Shown: positions 38,327 to 48,843 of the stretch, in pieces | Position numbering within the stretch: the stretch's first letter is position 1 | Layout of the letters: every line of letters begins with the position of its first letter | Source: Escherichia phage vB_Eco_F25 | Reading direction: 5' to 3' (one strand) | DNA: 64,000 nt | Sequence record: OP870144.1 | Position numbers and translations under genes: made by a program | The notes under the pieces: model-generated | The model's input: only the letters and a program-made list of their open reading frames with translations | Told to the model about the DNA's origin: nothing | Database searches by the model: none

Positions 38327-39136
38327 ATGCTTAAAGAACAACTGATTGCCGAAGCGCAGAAAATTGATGCTTCCGTTGCTCTTGATAGTATTTTCGAATC
38401 AGTTAATATTTCTCCGGAAGCAAAAGAAACTTTCGGCACTGTATTCGAAGCTACCGTCAAGCAGCACGCCGTTAAATTAGCTGAATCTCATATCGCTAAA
38501 ATTGCTGAAAAAGCAGAAGAAGAAGTAGAAAAAAATAAAGAAGAAGCAGAAGAAAAAGCTGAGAAGAAAATCGCTGAGCAAGCTTCTAAATTCCTTGACC
38601 ATCTTGCAAAAGAATGGCTCACTGAAAATAAATTAGCAGTAGATAAAGGTATCAAAGCCGAACTGTTTGAATCCATGCTTGGTGGATTGAAAGAGCTCTT
38701 CGTTGAACACAACGTTGTTGTTCCAGAAGAATCAGTTGATGTTGTAGCTGAAATGGAAGAAGAACTGCAAGAACATAAAGAAGAATCAGCTCGTCTGTTC
38801 GAAGAACTCAATAAGCGTGACGCATATATCAATTATGTGCAGCGTGAAGTGGCATTGAGCGAAAGTACTAAAGATCTGACTGAGTCTCAAAAAGAAAAAG
38901 TCTCTGCTCTGGTCGAAGGTATTGATTATTCAGATGCATTCTCAAGCAAATTGAGTGCCATCGTAGAAATGGTGAAGAAATCTAATAAAGATGAAAGCGC
39001 TATTACTGAGAGTATAAATACTCCTGATACTGAAGCAGCCGGACTGAATTTCGTCACTGAAGCTGTAGAAGATAAATCTGCGCAAGGTGCAGAAGATATT
39101 GTAAGTGTATATGCGAAAGTCGCATCTCGTTTCTAA
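38327..39136 (+). CDS. 22: Prohead core scaffold protein gp22
   Basis: 269 aa, acidic coiled-coil, T4 gp22 length. Confidence 0.9.
   Translation: MLKEQLIAEAQKIDASVALDSIFESVNISPEAKETFGTVFEATVKQHAVKLAESHIAKIAEKAEEEVEKNKEEAEEKAEKKIAEQASKFLDHLAKEWLTENKLAVDKGIKAELFESMLGGLKELFVEHNVVVPEESVDVVAEMEEELQEHKEESARLFEELNKRDAYINYVQREVALSESTKDLTESQKEKVSALVEGIDYSDAFSSKLSAIVEMVKKSNKDESAITESINTPDTEAAGLNFVTEAVEDKSAQGAEDIVSVYAKVASRF
39013..39020 (+). promoter_or_regulatory. Late promoter TATAAATA inside the 3' end of gene 22 (P23-like)
   Basis: Exact TATAAATA about 135 nt upstream of the gene 23 ATG. Confidence 0.4.
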
Positions 39137-39154
39137 TTTTAAAGGTTAACACAA

Positions 39155-40720
39155 ATGACTATCAAAACTAAAGCTGAACTTTTGAACAAATGGAAGCCAT
39201 TACTGGAAGGTGAAGGTTTACCGGAAATTGCTAATAGCAAACAAGCGATTATCGCTAAAATCTTTGAAAACCAGGAAAAAGATTTCCAGACAGCTCCGGA
39301 ATATAAAGACGAAAAAATTGCTCAGGCATTCGGTTCTTTCTTAACAGAAGCTGAAATCGGTGGTGACCACGGTTACAATGCCACCAACATCGCTGCAGGT
39401 CAGACTTCTGGCGCAGTAACTCAGATTGGCCCAGCTGTTATGGGTATGGTACGTCGTGCTATTCCTAACCTGATTGCTTTCGATATTTGCGGTGTTCAGC
39501 CGATGAACAGCCCGACTGGCCAGGTATTCGCGCTGCGCGCAGTATATGGTAAAGATCCAATCGCTTCCGGCGCTAAAGAAGCATTCCACCCAATGTATGG
39601 TCCAGATGCAATGTTCTCTGGTCAGGGTGCTGCTAAGAAATTCGCTGCTTTGAAAGCAAGTGATACTCTTGAAGTTGGAACTATTTACACCCACTTCTTC
39701 CAGGACACTGGTACTGTGTATCTGCAAGCTACAGAAGCTAAACAAATTGATTCAGGCGCATCTGACGCAGCTAAATTAGATGCTGAAATTAAGAAACAAA
39801 TGGAAGCAGGTGTACTGGTAGAAATCGCTGAAGGTATGGCTACTTCTATCGCTGAACTCCAGGAAGGTTTTAACGGTTCTACCGATAACCCATGGAATGA
39901 AATGGGCTTCCGTATCGATAAGCAAGTTATCGAAGCTAAATCTCGTCAGCTGAAAGCTGCTTACTCTATTGAATTAGCACAAGACCTCCGCGCTGTTCAT
40001 GGTATGGATGCTGATGCTGAACTGTCTGGTATTCTGGCTACCGAAATTATGCTGGAAATCAACCGCGAAGTTGTTGATTGGATTAACTACTCCGCTCAGG
40101 TTGGTAAATCTGGTATGACCCTGACTCCGGGTTCTAAAGCTGGTGTATTCGACTTCCAGGACCCAATCGATATTCGTGGTGCTCGCTGGGCGGGTGAATC
40201 CTTTAAAGCTCTGTTGTTCCAGATTGACAAAGAAGCAGTTGAAATTGCTCGTCAAACCGGTCGTGGTGAAGGTAACTTCATTATCGCTTCCCGTAACGTA
40301 GTTAACGTTCTGGCTTCAGTTGATACCGGCATTTCTTATGCTGCACAAGGTCTGGCTACCGGCTTTAACACTGATACTACCAAGTCAGTATTTGCTGGTG
40401 TTCTGGGTGGTAAATACCGTGTATATATCGACCAGTATGCTAAACAGGATTATTTCACTGTAGGTTATAAAGGTCCGAACGAAATGGATGCTGGTATTTA
40501 CTACGCTCCATATGTAGCTCTGACTCCACTGCGTGGTTCTGATCCGAAGAACTTCCAACCGGTAATGGGGTTCAAAACTCGTTACGGTATCGGTATCAAC
40601 CCATTTGCAGAATCCGCTGCTCAGGCTCCGGCTTCTCGCATTCAGAGTGGTATGCCTTCTATCCTGAACAGCCTTGGTAAGAACGCTTACTTCCGCCGTG
40701 TATATGTTAAAGGTATCTAA
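39155..40720 (+). CDS. 23: Major capsid protein gp23
   Basis: 521 aa, T4 gp23 length and order; strongly biased codon usage. Confidence 0.97.
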   Translation: MTIKTKAELLNKWKPLLEGEGLPEIANSKQAIIAKIFENQEKDFQTAPEYKDEKIAQAFGSFLTEAEIGGDHGYNATNIAAGQTSGAVTQIGPAVMGMVRRAIPNLIAFDICGVQPMNSPTGQVFALRAVYGKDPIASGAKEAFHPMYGPDAMFSGQGAAKKFAALKASDTLEVGTIYTHFFQDTGTVYLQATEAKQIDSGASDAAKLDAEIKKQMEAGVLVEIAEGMATSIAELQEGFNGSTDNPWNEMGFRIDKQVIEAKSRQLKAAYSIELAQDLRAVHGMDADAELSGILATEIMLEINREVVDWINYSAQVGKSGMTLTPGSKAGVFDFQDPIDIRGARWAGESFKALLFQIDKEAVEIARQTGRGEGNFIIASRNVVNVLASVDTGISYAAQGLATGFNTDTTKSVFAGVLGGKYRVYIDQYAKQDYFTVGYKGPNEMDAGIYYAPYVALTPLRGSDPKNFQPVMGFKTRYGIGINPFAESAAQAPASRIQSGMPSILNSLGKNAYFRRVYVKGI

Positions 40721-40734
40721 TCTTTGACGATTTA

Positions 40735-40765
40735 AGGGACCTTCGGGTCCCTTTAGTTGTTTTTA
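40735..40765 (+). terminator. Rho-independent terminator after gene 23
   Basis: Hairpin AGGGACC-TTCG-GGTCCCT followed by T-rich tract. Confidence 0.55.
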
Positions 40766-40768
40766 TGG

Positions 40769-40776
40769 TATAAATA
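40769..40776 (+). promoter_or_regulatory. Late promoter TATAAATA for gene 24
   Basis: TATAAATA about 28 nt upstream of the gene 24 ATG. Confidence 0.5.
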
Positions 40777-40803
40777 AATCATATAAACTGAAAGGAAAGC
40801 GCA

Positions 40804-42087
40804 ATGGCTAAAATCAACGAACTTCTGCGCGAATCAACCACAACGAATAGCAACTCAATCGGTCGCCCAAATCTCGTTGCTTTGACTCGCGCTACCACTA
40901 AATTAATATATTCTGACATTGTAGCAACGCAAAGAACTAATCAACCTGTTGCTGCTTTTTATGGTATCAAATACCTTAACCCAGACAACGAATTTACATT
41001 TAAAACTGGTGCTACTTATGCTGGCGAAGCTGGATATGTAGACCGAGAAAAAATCACAGAATTAACAGAAGAGTCTAAATTAACTCTCAATAAAGGCGAT
41101 TTATTCAAATATAATAATATCGTTTATAAAGTATTAGAAGATACACCATTTGCTGATATTGAAGAAAGTGATTTAGAATTAGCTCTTCAGATTGCAATTG
41201 TTCTTTTAAAGGTTCGTCTATTTTCTGACGCAGCGTCAACAAGCAAATTTGAAAGCTCTGATAGTGAAATTGCGGATGCTAGATTCCAGATTAATAAATG
41301 GCAAACCGCAGTTAAATCTCGTAAACTTAAAACTGGTATCACGGTTGAATTAGCACAAGATTTAGAAGCAAATGGATTCGATGCTCCTAATTTCTTAGAA
41401 GATTTGCTTGCAACTGAAATGGCAGATGAAATCAATAAAGATATTCTGCAGTCTTTGATTACAGTATCAAAACGTTATAAAGTTACAGGAATTACTGATA
41501 CTGGATTCATTGATTTGAGTTATGCATCTGCACCTGAAGCTGGTCGTTCATTATACCGAATGGTATGTGAAATGGTTTCGCATATCCAAAAAGAATCAAC
41601 TTATACAGCAACGTTCTGTGTTGCTTCAGCTCGTGCCGCTGCGATTCTTGCTGCATCTGGTTGGTTAAAACATAAACCAGAAGATGATAAATATCTTTCA
41701 CAAAATGCCTACGGGTTCTTAGCTAATGGTTTACCGCTTTATTGCGATACTAATAGCCCATTAGATTATGTAATCGTTGGCGTAGTAGAAAATATCGGTG
41801 AAAAAGAAATTGTTGGATCAATTTTCTATGCTCCGTATACAGAAGGTCTCGACTTAGATGACCCTGAACATGTAGGTGCATTTAAAGTTGTGGTTGATCC
41901 AGAAAGCTTACAACCGTCTATCGGTTTATTAGTTAGATATGCTTTATCTGCAAATCCTTACACCGTAGCAAAAGATGAAAAAGAAGCAAGAGTAATTGAT
42001 GGTGGAGACATGGATAAAATGGCGGGTCGTTCAGATTTGTCTGTTTTATTAGGTGTTAAGCTACCGAAAATTATCATTGATGAATAA
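40804..42087 (+). CDS. 24: Capsid vertex protein gp24
   Basis: 427 aa, T4 gp24 length; directly follows gene 23 (no segD between). Confidence 0.95.
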   Translation: MAKINELLRESTTTNSNSIGRPNLVALTRATTKLIYSDIVATQRTNQPVAAFYGIKYLNPDNEFTFKTGATYAGEAGYVDREKITELTEESKLTLNKGDLFKYNNIVYKVLEDTPFADIEESDLELALQIAIVLLKVRLFSDAASTSKFESSDSEIADARFQINKWQTAVKSRKLKTGITVELAQDLEANGFDAPNFLEDLLATEMADEINKDILQSLITVSKRYKVTGITDTGFIDLSYASAPEAGRSLYRMVCEMVSHIQKESTYTATFCVASARAAAILAASGWLKHKPEDDKYLSQNAYGFLANGLPLYCDTNSPLDYVIVGVVENIGEKEIVGSIFYAPYTEGLDLDDPEHVGAFKVVVDPESLQPSIGLLVRYALSANPYTVAKDEKEARVIDGGDMDKMAGRSDLSVLLGVKLPKIIIDE

Positions 42088-42092
42088 AACAA

Positions 42093-42115
42093 AGGGACCG
42101 AAAGGTCCCTTTTTA
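42093..42115. terminator. Bidirectional terminator between gene 24 and rnlB
   Basis: Hairpin AGGGACC-GAAA-GGTCCCT flanked by A-run and T-run. Confidence 0.55.
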
Positions 42116-42116
42116 T

Positions 42117-43121
42117 TTAGCTCACCAACTCAATCCAAGCCGGACGAAGTACATCTTGTACCATTTTAACTAATTCCTTTTTAACCAAAGAAGGATTATC
42201 CGCTTGAGTTAGAGTAATACCTTCACGAGAAGTTTCTTCCAAAATATCTTGAACAGTTAATCCCATCACCTTTCCAAAATCTTTTGGACCAATTTCGCCA
42301 ATTTTGGAAATAACGTTATTTACTCGGTTCAATGTAACATAACAAGCTAAAATTCCAACCAATTTATTATCAGCTTCTGACAATTCAACTTTAGCTTTAA
42401 TAGGCTTATCAGACTTTTTCTTTTCACTAAATTTAGAGTTCTTGCATTTAATCGCTACGCGATTGCCATTAGGCATCCAAGAAGGATAGCAAGGTTTCAA
42501 TACATATCCTTCAGCAGTAAATACTTCGCCTTTTGCTTCGGCATTCCAGACGCATTTATTTGCATCAACTAATCCAGCATGGTCTACTGTAAAATTATAA
42601 TCTTGGACGACAGAATCTAAATCATTTGGCAATTTAATAAGCTCTTCAAATTTACCGCGACCTAAAAGTGGAGCCATTTTAAATTTAAATGTATTACAGA
42701 ATGATTCCATCATATAATCATCGACATAAGTCACATCACCGCTTTCGGTAGTAACAATAATGTCAAATACATAAAAATCTTTATCGCCATAATCGACATT
42801 CTTCTGAATGCCAGGTCCAGCGAATTCGCCAAAAACTTGATAAGATACAACTGCTGAAGTTTCCATAATATCTTGTACTGCTTTAATGGAATCAGTGTAA
42901 TTCTTTAGAATAATTTCATACCCAAAGAAATCTTCAGCAGGAAGAATAGGACCAGTACGTTTAGCACAAGTTGCTTTATCGCGCTCAATAATCAACGAGA
43001 AATTTGTACCATGAATCTTTTCACGAGCTACCCATTCGCCGCCAGTCAATCCTAAACTGTAAAGTTTTTCAATGAATTTAGAATTGTAATGATTTTCAAG
43101 ACTGCTATACTTTTTAAACAT
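42117..43121 (-). CDS. rnlB: RNA ligase 2
   Basis: 334 aa; nucleotidyltransferase KxHG motif (REKIHGTN); T4 Rnl2 length and position. Confidence 0.9.
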   Translation of the reverse strand: MFKKYSSLENHYNSKFIEKLYSLGLTGGEWVAREKIHGTNFSLIIERDKATCAKRTGPILPAEDFFGYEIILKNYTDSIKAVQDIMETSAVVSYQVFGEFAGPGIQKNVDYGDKDFYVFDIIVTTESGDVTYVDDYMMESFCNTFKFKMAPLLGRGKFEELIKLPNDLDSVVQDYNFTVDHAGLVDANKCVWNAEAKGEVFTAEGYVLKPCYPSWMPNGNRVAIKCKNSKFSEKKKSDKPIKAKVELSEADNKLVGILACYVTLNRVNNVISKIGEIGPKDFGKVMGLTVQDILEETSREGITLTQADNPSLVKKELVKMVQDVLRPAWIELVS

Positions 43122-43130
43122 AATTAATCC

Positions 43131-43409
43131 TCAGAATGTAATTTCTAACCAATCACCATCACGCTGGTCACTATTGACTTTAAAGCTAAATCCTTCTTTT
43201 CTCAGCCAATCACCAATTTCTTCAGTAATCAATTTATCACGAGCAGTACAATAATAACTAAAATATGTTTTACCTTGTTCAGCTGCTTTATTAGCAAGTT
43301 CCGAAAAATCTTTAATAAAACACTCTAGCTTAAACTGTTTGCTTTTAAGTGCTTTTTCGCGTAATTGATTAGCAAAAGATTCATTTTCATAAAGATCATA
43401 CTGTTCCAT
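43131..43409 (-). CDS. 24.2: Hypothetical protein (24.2 position)
   Basis: 92-aa ORF at the T4 24.2 position. Confidence 0.6.
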   Translation of the reverse strand: MEQYDLYENESFANQLREKALKSKQFKLECFIKDFSELANKAAEQGKTYFSYYCTARDKLITEEIGDWLRKEGFSFKVNSDQRDGDWLEITF

Positions 43410-43611
43410 TTTTCACCTTTTTATTAATATGTCTTTTTCTATAGACAACTTTTTCTCGAGTCTCAAATTTATTCTTAGCAGTCATAGCTCGAGCCCATAA
43501 TACAGCTACTTCCTTTGCCTGTAAGTTCAATTCACGAGCAATTTCAATGAATGACTTTCCAGACTCATGGAGTGTAAACACCACAACCTCAGTTCTCATA
43601 ATCAATCTCAT
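43396..43611 (-). CDS. 24.3: Small HTH-like protein (24.3 position)
   Basis: 71 aa; helix-turn-helix-like SFIEIARELNLQAKEV. Confidence 0.55.
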   Translation of the reverse strand: MRLIMRTEVVVFTLHESGKSFIEIARELNLQAKEVAVLWARAMTAKNKFETREKVVYRKRHINKKVKNGTV

Positions 43612-43667
43612 GTTATCGAGTTGGTGCCATTATATACATCGTTTTCTGATTGCGTTTTGTGTGCTTT

Positions 43668-43695
43668 CAAAATGAAGAAAGGGGCCGAAGCCCCT
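43668..43695 (-). terminator. Terminator after hoc
   Basis: Hairpin AGGGGC-CGAA-GCCCCT then U-rich tract on minus strand; same hairpin at 2872 and 63015. Confidence 0.45.
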
Positions 43696-43699
43696 GAGA

Positions 43700-44830
43700 T
43701 TATGGATAGGTATAGATGATACCAGTTTCTAAAGCAGTTTTATGAATGATGTATCCATTACGCGATTCTTGAACATCAACTTCTGGATAGTCTTTCATCA
43801 TCTTCTGAAGAGTGTAACGATGCAGATAGTATTTACTGTCTGGATCTTCAGTTTTCCAATCTTTACCTTCTTCAGTCATTTTTTGGATTTCATCCATAAC
43901 CCACCAACCGCACCAGATATAAGCTGAGCTACGATGTGGAAGAGGATGAACATAAGGTAATTCACCTTCTGGTTCCGGAGCAACTTTATCAGTTACCTGA
44001 ACTTGACCTTCTGCTGTAATAGTTTTGCTATCATAATCAGTGGCAGTAACAGTTGCAGTAACTTCAATAGTTTGACTTCCAATAGATGATGTATCAACGG
44101 TGTATACATTAGTTGACCCTTCTACAGGAGAAGAATCTTTCTTCCATGAATACGTAATTTGCGCTTCTTCCGGAGCATCAGTAACATTAGCAGTAAATGT
44201 AGCCGAAGCATCTTGCTGAACATTAATAGAAGGAGGAGTCAATGTAACCTGTGGATTCATTGTCTTCTTATTAACTGTCAATGATACTTCATTAGAAGTA
44301 ACTTCTTTTGCATCATAATCTGCCGCGGTTACTTGAGCTACGCATTTAATTCTTTTTACTCCACTTGTAGTTGGAGTGTAATTGAATGTAGCACTAGTTG
44401 CTTCGCCCACAGGAGAACCGTCAACGTACCATTGATATGTAGCAGTTGCGCCCGATGGCTGCGAAGCTAAAGCAGCAGTAAATTCAACAGCTGTTCCAAT
44501 TACTCCTTCTGGAGGACTATTAGGAGTTACAGCTAAAGTAGTTGTCTGTGTCTTATTTTGAACTGTGATAGTTGTAGTAGCTTCTGCTGTTTCAGCATCA
44601 GTATCTGGAACTGGGTTTGTTGCAACTACTTTAATAGTTTTTTGACCGGCAGGTCCTTTTAATACATAACTAAAAGTTGCAGATGTTTCTTCCTGTGGAA
44701 CATCATCTACAGTCCAAGCATATGTAATAGGTCCATCTCCAGTTTGACCACTGGGTGTAGCAGTAAACTGCTGAGTCTGATCTATAACTCCAGTAGGTGT
44801 TTTAGGAGTTATATCAACTGTAAAAGCCAT
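43700..44830 (-). CDS. hoc: Highly immunogenic outer capsid protein Hoc
   Basis: 376 aa; repeated Ig-like beta-rich modules; T4 Hoc length and position. Confidence 0.9.
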   Translation of the reverse strand: MAFTVDITPKTPTGVIDQTQQFTATPSGQTGDGPITYAWTVDDVPQEETSATFSYVLKGPAGQKTIKVVATNPVPDTDAETAEATTTITVQNKTQTTTLAVTPNSPPEGVIGTAVEFTAALASQPSGATATYQWYVDGSPVGEATSATFNYTPTTSGVKRIKCVAQVTAADYDAKEVTSNEVSLTVNKKTMNPQVTLTPPSINVQQDASATFTANVTDAPEEAQITYSWKKDSSPVEGSTNVYTVDTSSIGSQTIEVTATVTATDYDSKTITAEGQVQVTDKVAPEPEGELPYVHPLPHRSSAYIWCGWWVMDEIQKMTEEGKDWKTEDPDSKYYLHRYTLQKMMKDYPEVDVQESRNGYIIHKTALETGIIYTYP

Positions 44831-44839
44831 AAGTTATCC

Positions 44840-45520
44840 TTATTTTAATGTTACGAAAGAAGAGTTGCGTGTTTCACGAATTAAAACTGATCCGTCACGG
44901 TTAATGTAGTAAATTAAGCTAAATAAAGTTTGGTGTGCCGACGCATGCTCAAAACTTGTTGGGTGAGATTTCCAATCAGGAGTTTCAGCAATCCATTGAT
45001 AAATCCACCAAGGAACAGTGCAGAATCCTGGATTTTTTCCAATCAGCTGAAGATTCGGACTAAAGTTTTCCGGAAGAGTAAATACAGACGGCTTTTCAGA
45101 TTCAATAATCTCAGCTACAGCTTGTTCAAATTTTTCTTCAACAAAAGGAGTATCTTCAATCAAAACATCGGTATTTTCGGGAATTTTATCCGTTTCTACT
45201 ACTTCAATTTTAATATCAGATTTAACCGGAGAATCAATCAGAAGTGCTGCTTCTGGATTGACTTCTTCATCGTCATATTTTAATCCCTCTGCAGCATCAG
45301 CAGCATCAATTAAGTCTTTAATAGATAACCCATCAGTTTCTGGCATAGGTTCACTAGCGAGCTTCTGGAGGGCTTCTTCAATATCAGCAACGATATTATC
45401 AAAAGATTTATTCTTTTTGACCTTTATACCAAACTGTTCAGCGTATTCAGCTAATTTAGCTTTAGCTTCTTTATTATCATCAAGAGCCTTCAGCTCTGCA
45501 ATATAATCTTTATCTATCAT
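44840..45520 (-). CDS. inh: Inhibitor of prohead protease (inh position)
   Basis: 226 aa, T4 Inh length and position. Confidence 0.75.
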   Translation of the reverse strand: MIDKDYIAELKALDDNKEAKAKLAEYAEQFGIKVKKNKSFDNIVADIEEALQKLASEPMPETDGLSIKDLIDAADAAEGLKYDDEEVNPEAALLIDSPVKSDIKIEVVETDKIPENTDVLIEDTPFVEEKFEQAVAEIIESEKPSVFTLPENFSPNLQLIGKNPGFCTVPWWIYQWIAETPDWKSHPTSFEHASAHQTLFSLIYYINRDGSVLIRETRNSSFVTLK

Positions 45521-45533
45521 AATATTTCCTCAG

Positions 45534-45541
45534 TATAAATA
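45534..45541 (+). promoter_or_regulatory. Late promoter TATAAATA upstream of segE
   Basis: Exact TATAAATA about 28 nt upstream of the segE ATG. Confidence 0.4.
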
Positions 45542-45569
45542 TAGATATATTTATTACTCGGAAAATAGT

Positions 45570-46187
45570 ATGTACCACTTTGTATATGAAACAACAAATC
45601 TAATAAATGGTAAAAAGTATATAGGAAAACACTCTACTGATGACTTGAATGATGGTTACCTTGGTTCCGGTAAGGCAATTCAGCAGGCTATAAAGAAATA
45701 TGGTGAAAACAATTTCTCTAGAACAATACTAAAAGAGTTTAAAACTTCCGAAGAAGCGTACATGTATGAAGAAGAAATTATAACTCCTGAAATAATAAAA
45801 AGCAAAAATTATTATAATATGAAACCTGGTGGAATTGGTGGAATTGTTATGACTACAGAGGTTATAGCAAAGATGAAAGAATCTTCCGCTAAGAGATTTG
45901 AAAACTCACCGGGCACGGTATTAGGTACAACTTGTTACACTAATGGAACTAAAAATATTTTTATTAAACCTGGAGAACTTGTTCCAGAAGGATTTGTAAA
46001 AGGGATGGTTCATCCTAATAGAAAGTCCAGAAAAGGATGTAAAGTCAAACCGACTACCACAGGAACTTTTTGGGTCAATAATGGCGTAATAAATAAATTA
46101 ATACAACCAGACGGTATTATTCCCGACGGATTTATTAAAGGTCGTCTCATGAAAAGAGATTCTAAAGGCAAATTTAGTAAGGCATAA
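45570..46187 (+). CDS. segE: GIY-YIG homing endonuclease SegE
   Basis: 205 aa; GIY-YIG N-terminus (HFVYETTNL...KYIGKH); T4 segE position. Confidence 0.85.
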   Translation: MYHFVYETTNLINGKKYIGKHSTDDLNDGYLGSGKAIQQAIKKYGENNFSRTILKEFKTSEEAYMYEEEIITPEIIKSKNYYNMKPGGIGGIVMTTEVIAKMKESSAKRFENSPGTVLGTTCYTNGTKNIFIKPGELVPEGFVKGMVHPNRKSRKGCKVKPTTTGTFWVNNGVINKLIQPDGIIPDGFIKGRLMKRDSKGKFSKA

Positions 46188-46189
46188 TT

Positions 46190-47698
46190 ATGGATATTAA
46201 AGTACATTTTCACGACTTCAGTCATGTACGCATCGATTGTGAAGAGAGCACGTTCCACGAATTAAGAGATTTCTTTTCGTTTGAGGCCGATGGATATAGA
46301 TTTAACCCTCGCTTCAGATATGGCAACTGGGATGGAAGAATCCGTCTTTTAGATTATAATCGTCTTCTTCCATTCGGCTTAGTCGGGCAAATTAAAAAGT
46401 TCTGTGATAACTTTGGCTATAAAGCCTGGATTGACCCACAAATTAACGAAAAAGAAGAATTATCAAGAAAAGATTTTGATGAATGGCTTTCTAAATTAGA
46501 AATCTATTCAGGAAATAAAAGAATTGAACCACACTGGTATCAAAAAGATGCAGTGTTCGAAGGATTAGTTAATCGTCGTAGAATTCTTAATCTTCCAACA
46601 TCCGCCGGTAAATCATTAATTCAAGCTTTGCTTGCGCGATATTATTTGGAAAATTATGAAGGTAAAATTCTTATCATTGTTCCAACAACTGCCTTAACAA
46701 CTCAGATGGCTGATGACTTTGTTGACTATCGTTTATTCAGTCATGCAATGATAAAGAAAATTGGTGGCGGAGCATCAAAAGATGATAAATATAAAAATGA
46801 TGCACCAGTCGTTGTTGGTACATGGCAAACTGTAGTAAAACAACCAAAAGAATGGTTCTCACAGTTTGGAATGATGATGAATGATGAATGCCATCTTGCT
46901 ACAGGAAAAAGTATTTCATCTATCATATCAGGTTTAAATAACTGTATGTTTAAATTTGGTTTGTCTGGTTCATTACGTGACGGCAAAGCCAATATCATGC
47001 AGTATGTTGGAATGTTTGGTGAAATATTTAAGCCAGTAACGACCTCTAAATTAATGGAAGATGGACAAGTAACTGAGTTAAAAATTAATAGTATTTTTCT
47101 TCGCTATCCCGATGAGTTCACTACTAAATTAAAGGGAAAAACTTACCAAGAAGAAATAAAAATTATTACTGGGCTCAGTAAAAGAAATAAATGGATCGCT
47201 AAATTAGCTATTAAGCTTGCACAAAAAGATGAAAACGCTTTTGTCATGTTTAAACATGTATCGCATGGTAAAGCTATTTTCGATTTAATTAAAAATGAAT
47301 ACGATAAAGTTTATTACGTATCAGGGGAAGTTGATACCGAAACCCGCAATATAATGAAAACCTTAGCTGAAAATGGTAAAGGAATAATTATAGTAGCTAG
47401 TTATGGTGTATTTTCTACTGGTATTTCAGTTAAAAATCTACATCACGTTGTTTTAGCGCACGGTGTTAAATCAAAAATCATTGTATTACAAACAATCGGT
47501 CGTGTATTACGTAAGCATGGTTCTAAGACAATAGCAACAGTCTGGGATCTTATAGATGACGCGGGCGTTAAGCCAAAATCTGCTAATACGAAAAAGAAAT
47601 ATGTTCATTTGAACTATCTTTTAAAACACGGCATTGATCGTATTCAGCGCTACGCAGATGAAAAATTTAATTACGTAATGAAAACAGTTAATTTATAA
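46190..47698 (+). CDS. uvsW: UvsW DNA/RNA helicase
   Basis: 502 aa; Walker A PTSAGKS, DExH-like MMNDECH. Confidence 0.95.
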   Translation: MDIKVHFHDFSHVRIDCEESTFHELRDFFSFEADGYRFNPRFRYGNWDGRIRLLDYNRLLPFGLVGQIKKFCDNFGYKAWIDPQINEKEELSRKDFDEWLSKLEIYSGNKRIEPHWYQKDAVFEGLVNRRRILNLPTSAGKSLIQALLARYYLENYEGKILIIVPTTALTTQMADDFVDYRLFSHAMIKKIGGGASKDDKYKNDAPVVVGTWQTVVKQPKEWFSQFGMMMNDECHLATGKSISSIISGLNNCMFKFGLSGSLRDGKANIMQYVGMFGEIFKPVTTSKLMEDGQVTELKINSIFLRYPDEFTTKLKGKTYQEEIKIITGLSKRNKWIAKLAIKLAQKDENAFVMFKHVSHGKAIFDLIKNEYDKVYYVSGEVDTETRNIMKTLAENGKGIIIVASYGVFSTGISVKNLHHVVLAHGVKSKIIVLQTIGRVLRKHGSKTIATVWDLIDDAGVKPKSANTKKKYVHLNYLLKHGIDRIQRYADEKFNYVMKTVNL

Positions 47699-47723
47699 GG
47701 GCTTCGGCCCTTTGGAGAAAAAG

Positions 47724-47954
47724 ATGTTACTAGGATTTAAACAATTTCTTTATGAAGCTTCTATTGATGAATTTATGGGTAAAATTGCCTCTTGTCAAAC
47801 ATTAGAAGGTTTAGAAGAACTTGAAGCTTATTATAAGAAAAGAGTCAAAGAAACTGAATTAAAAGATACTGATGACATCTCTGTAAGAGATGCTTTGGCA
47901 GGAAAAAGAGCTGAATTAGAAGATTCAGACGATGAAGTAGAAGAAAGCTTTTAA
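47724..47954 (+). CDS. uvsW.1: UvsW.1
   Basis: Track ORF starts at TTG; ATG gives 76 aa as T4 UvsW.1; acidic C-terminus. Confidence 0.75.
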   Translation: MLLGFKQFLYEASIDEFMGKIASCQTLEGLEELEAYYKKRVKETELKDTDDISVRDALAGKRAELEDSDDEVEESF

Positions 47955-48009
47955 ATTAAAAAAGGCCCAACCAAAAAGGAAGGGCCAAAACTATAGACTA
48001 AAGGTCACA

Positions 48010-48177
48010 CTATAGCAAAAGTTGTGTTTCATTTAATTGTTCTTCCGAACTTTCTGAAACTGGTAGTTCTTTAATGTAATTATAGCAAGGCCCAGGATGT
48101 ACAGGACCTTTGTCTGTTTCAACAACCAATGCAGAATCGATTGGAGTTTTACAGACAACACAAATCTTATCTGACAT
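48010..48177 (-). CDS. Small Cys-containing protein (possible zinc ribbon), uvsY-downstream ORF
   Basis: 55-aa ORF missing from track: MSDKICVVCKTPIDS...HPGPCYNY; GGAG-type SD (AGGAGACAATC) before ATG. Confidence 0.45.
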   Translation of the reverse strand: MSDKICVVCKTPIDSALVVETDKGPVHPGPCYNYIKELPVSESSEEQLNETQLLL

Positions 48178-48205
48178 GATTGTCTCCTCTGAATTATATA
48201 TCTAT

Positions 48206-48430
48206 TTATACAACTCTCATATGCATATCAATGCCCATATCTTTAGAATAAAAATATTCATCAAGATATCCGGCAAATTTTCCTTTAATATAAAGGACAT
48301 CTTCACCACACGGGTGGTCGGCCAGGATACGAATATCCTGACGCTTAAGATTATGCTTTTTCATTAAGAATTGAATTTCCGTTTCAAATTCTTCTTCATA
48401 ATTAAAAGCATCATCAATGCTATATCTCAT
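48206..48430 (-). CDS. Hypothetical protein (uvsY-downstream)
   Basis: 74-aa ORF, start overlaps the uvsY stop. Confidence 0.6.
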   Translation of the reverse strand: MRYSIDDAFNYEEEFETEIQFLMKKHNLKRQDIRILADHPCGEDVLYIKGKFAGYLDEYFYSKDMGIDMHMRVV

Positions 48431-48843
48431 TATTTTCCAGCCTCAAATGCTCGCATGTCTTGAATATGCTTAATAGCAAATCCACGTGATTTAATAGCAT
48501 CAAGAGCTCCGCTACAGAAATCCAATAAAATCCCCCAATATTGTAACGAGGTATCAACCTTTAAAACATCCTTATCAGCTGATAGAACTGTTTTCATTTC
48601 TGATTTCTCGTAACGATCCATACTAAATTCATCACCATCTCCTCGTCCCGAGTAGTAGTCTAATCTAGCTTTAAGAGCAACTTTTTTCTGTGCGTCAATT
48701 CTAAGCATTTCCTTTTTAATACTTGAATGCTTATTAAGCCATTTACTATATAACATCACATTATTAGCTGCTTCATACTGTAATTTAGTCGAATCTATAA
48801 ACACATCTTTCTTCAATTCTTCTTGAAGATCTTCTAATCTCAT
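48430..48843 (-). CDS. uvsY: Recombination mediator UvsY
   Basis: 137 aa; MRLEDLQEELKKDVFIDSTKLQYEAANN... matches recalled T4 UvsY. Confidence 0.95.
   Translation of the reverse strand: MRLEDLQEELKKDVFIDSTKLQYEAANNVMLYSKWLNKHSSIKKEMLRIDAQKKVALKARLDYYSGRGDGDEFSMDRYEKSEMKTVLSADKDVLKVDTSLQYWGILLDFCSGALDAIKSRGFAIKHIQDMRAFEAGK

Noticed and set aside
40721-40803. Possible homing endonuclease (segD-like) between genes 23 and 24.
   Set aside because: The interval is only 83 bp and holds just a terminator and a late promoter; no ORF.
47724-47954. UvsW.1 N-terminus (FKQFLYEA) resembling a capsid-targeting sequence.
   Set aside because: Only a loose match; length and context fit T4 UvsW.1, which is not a head protein.
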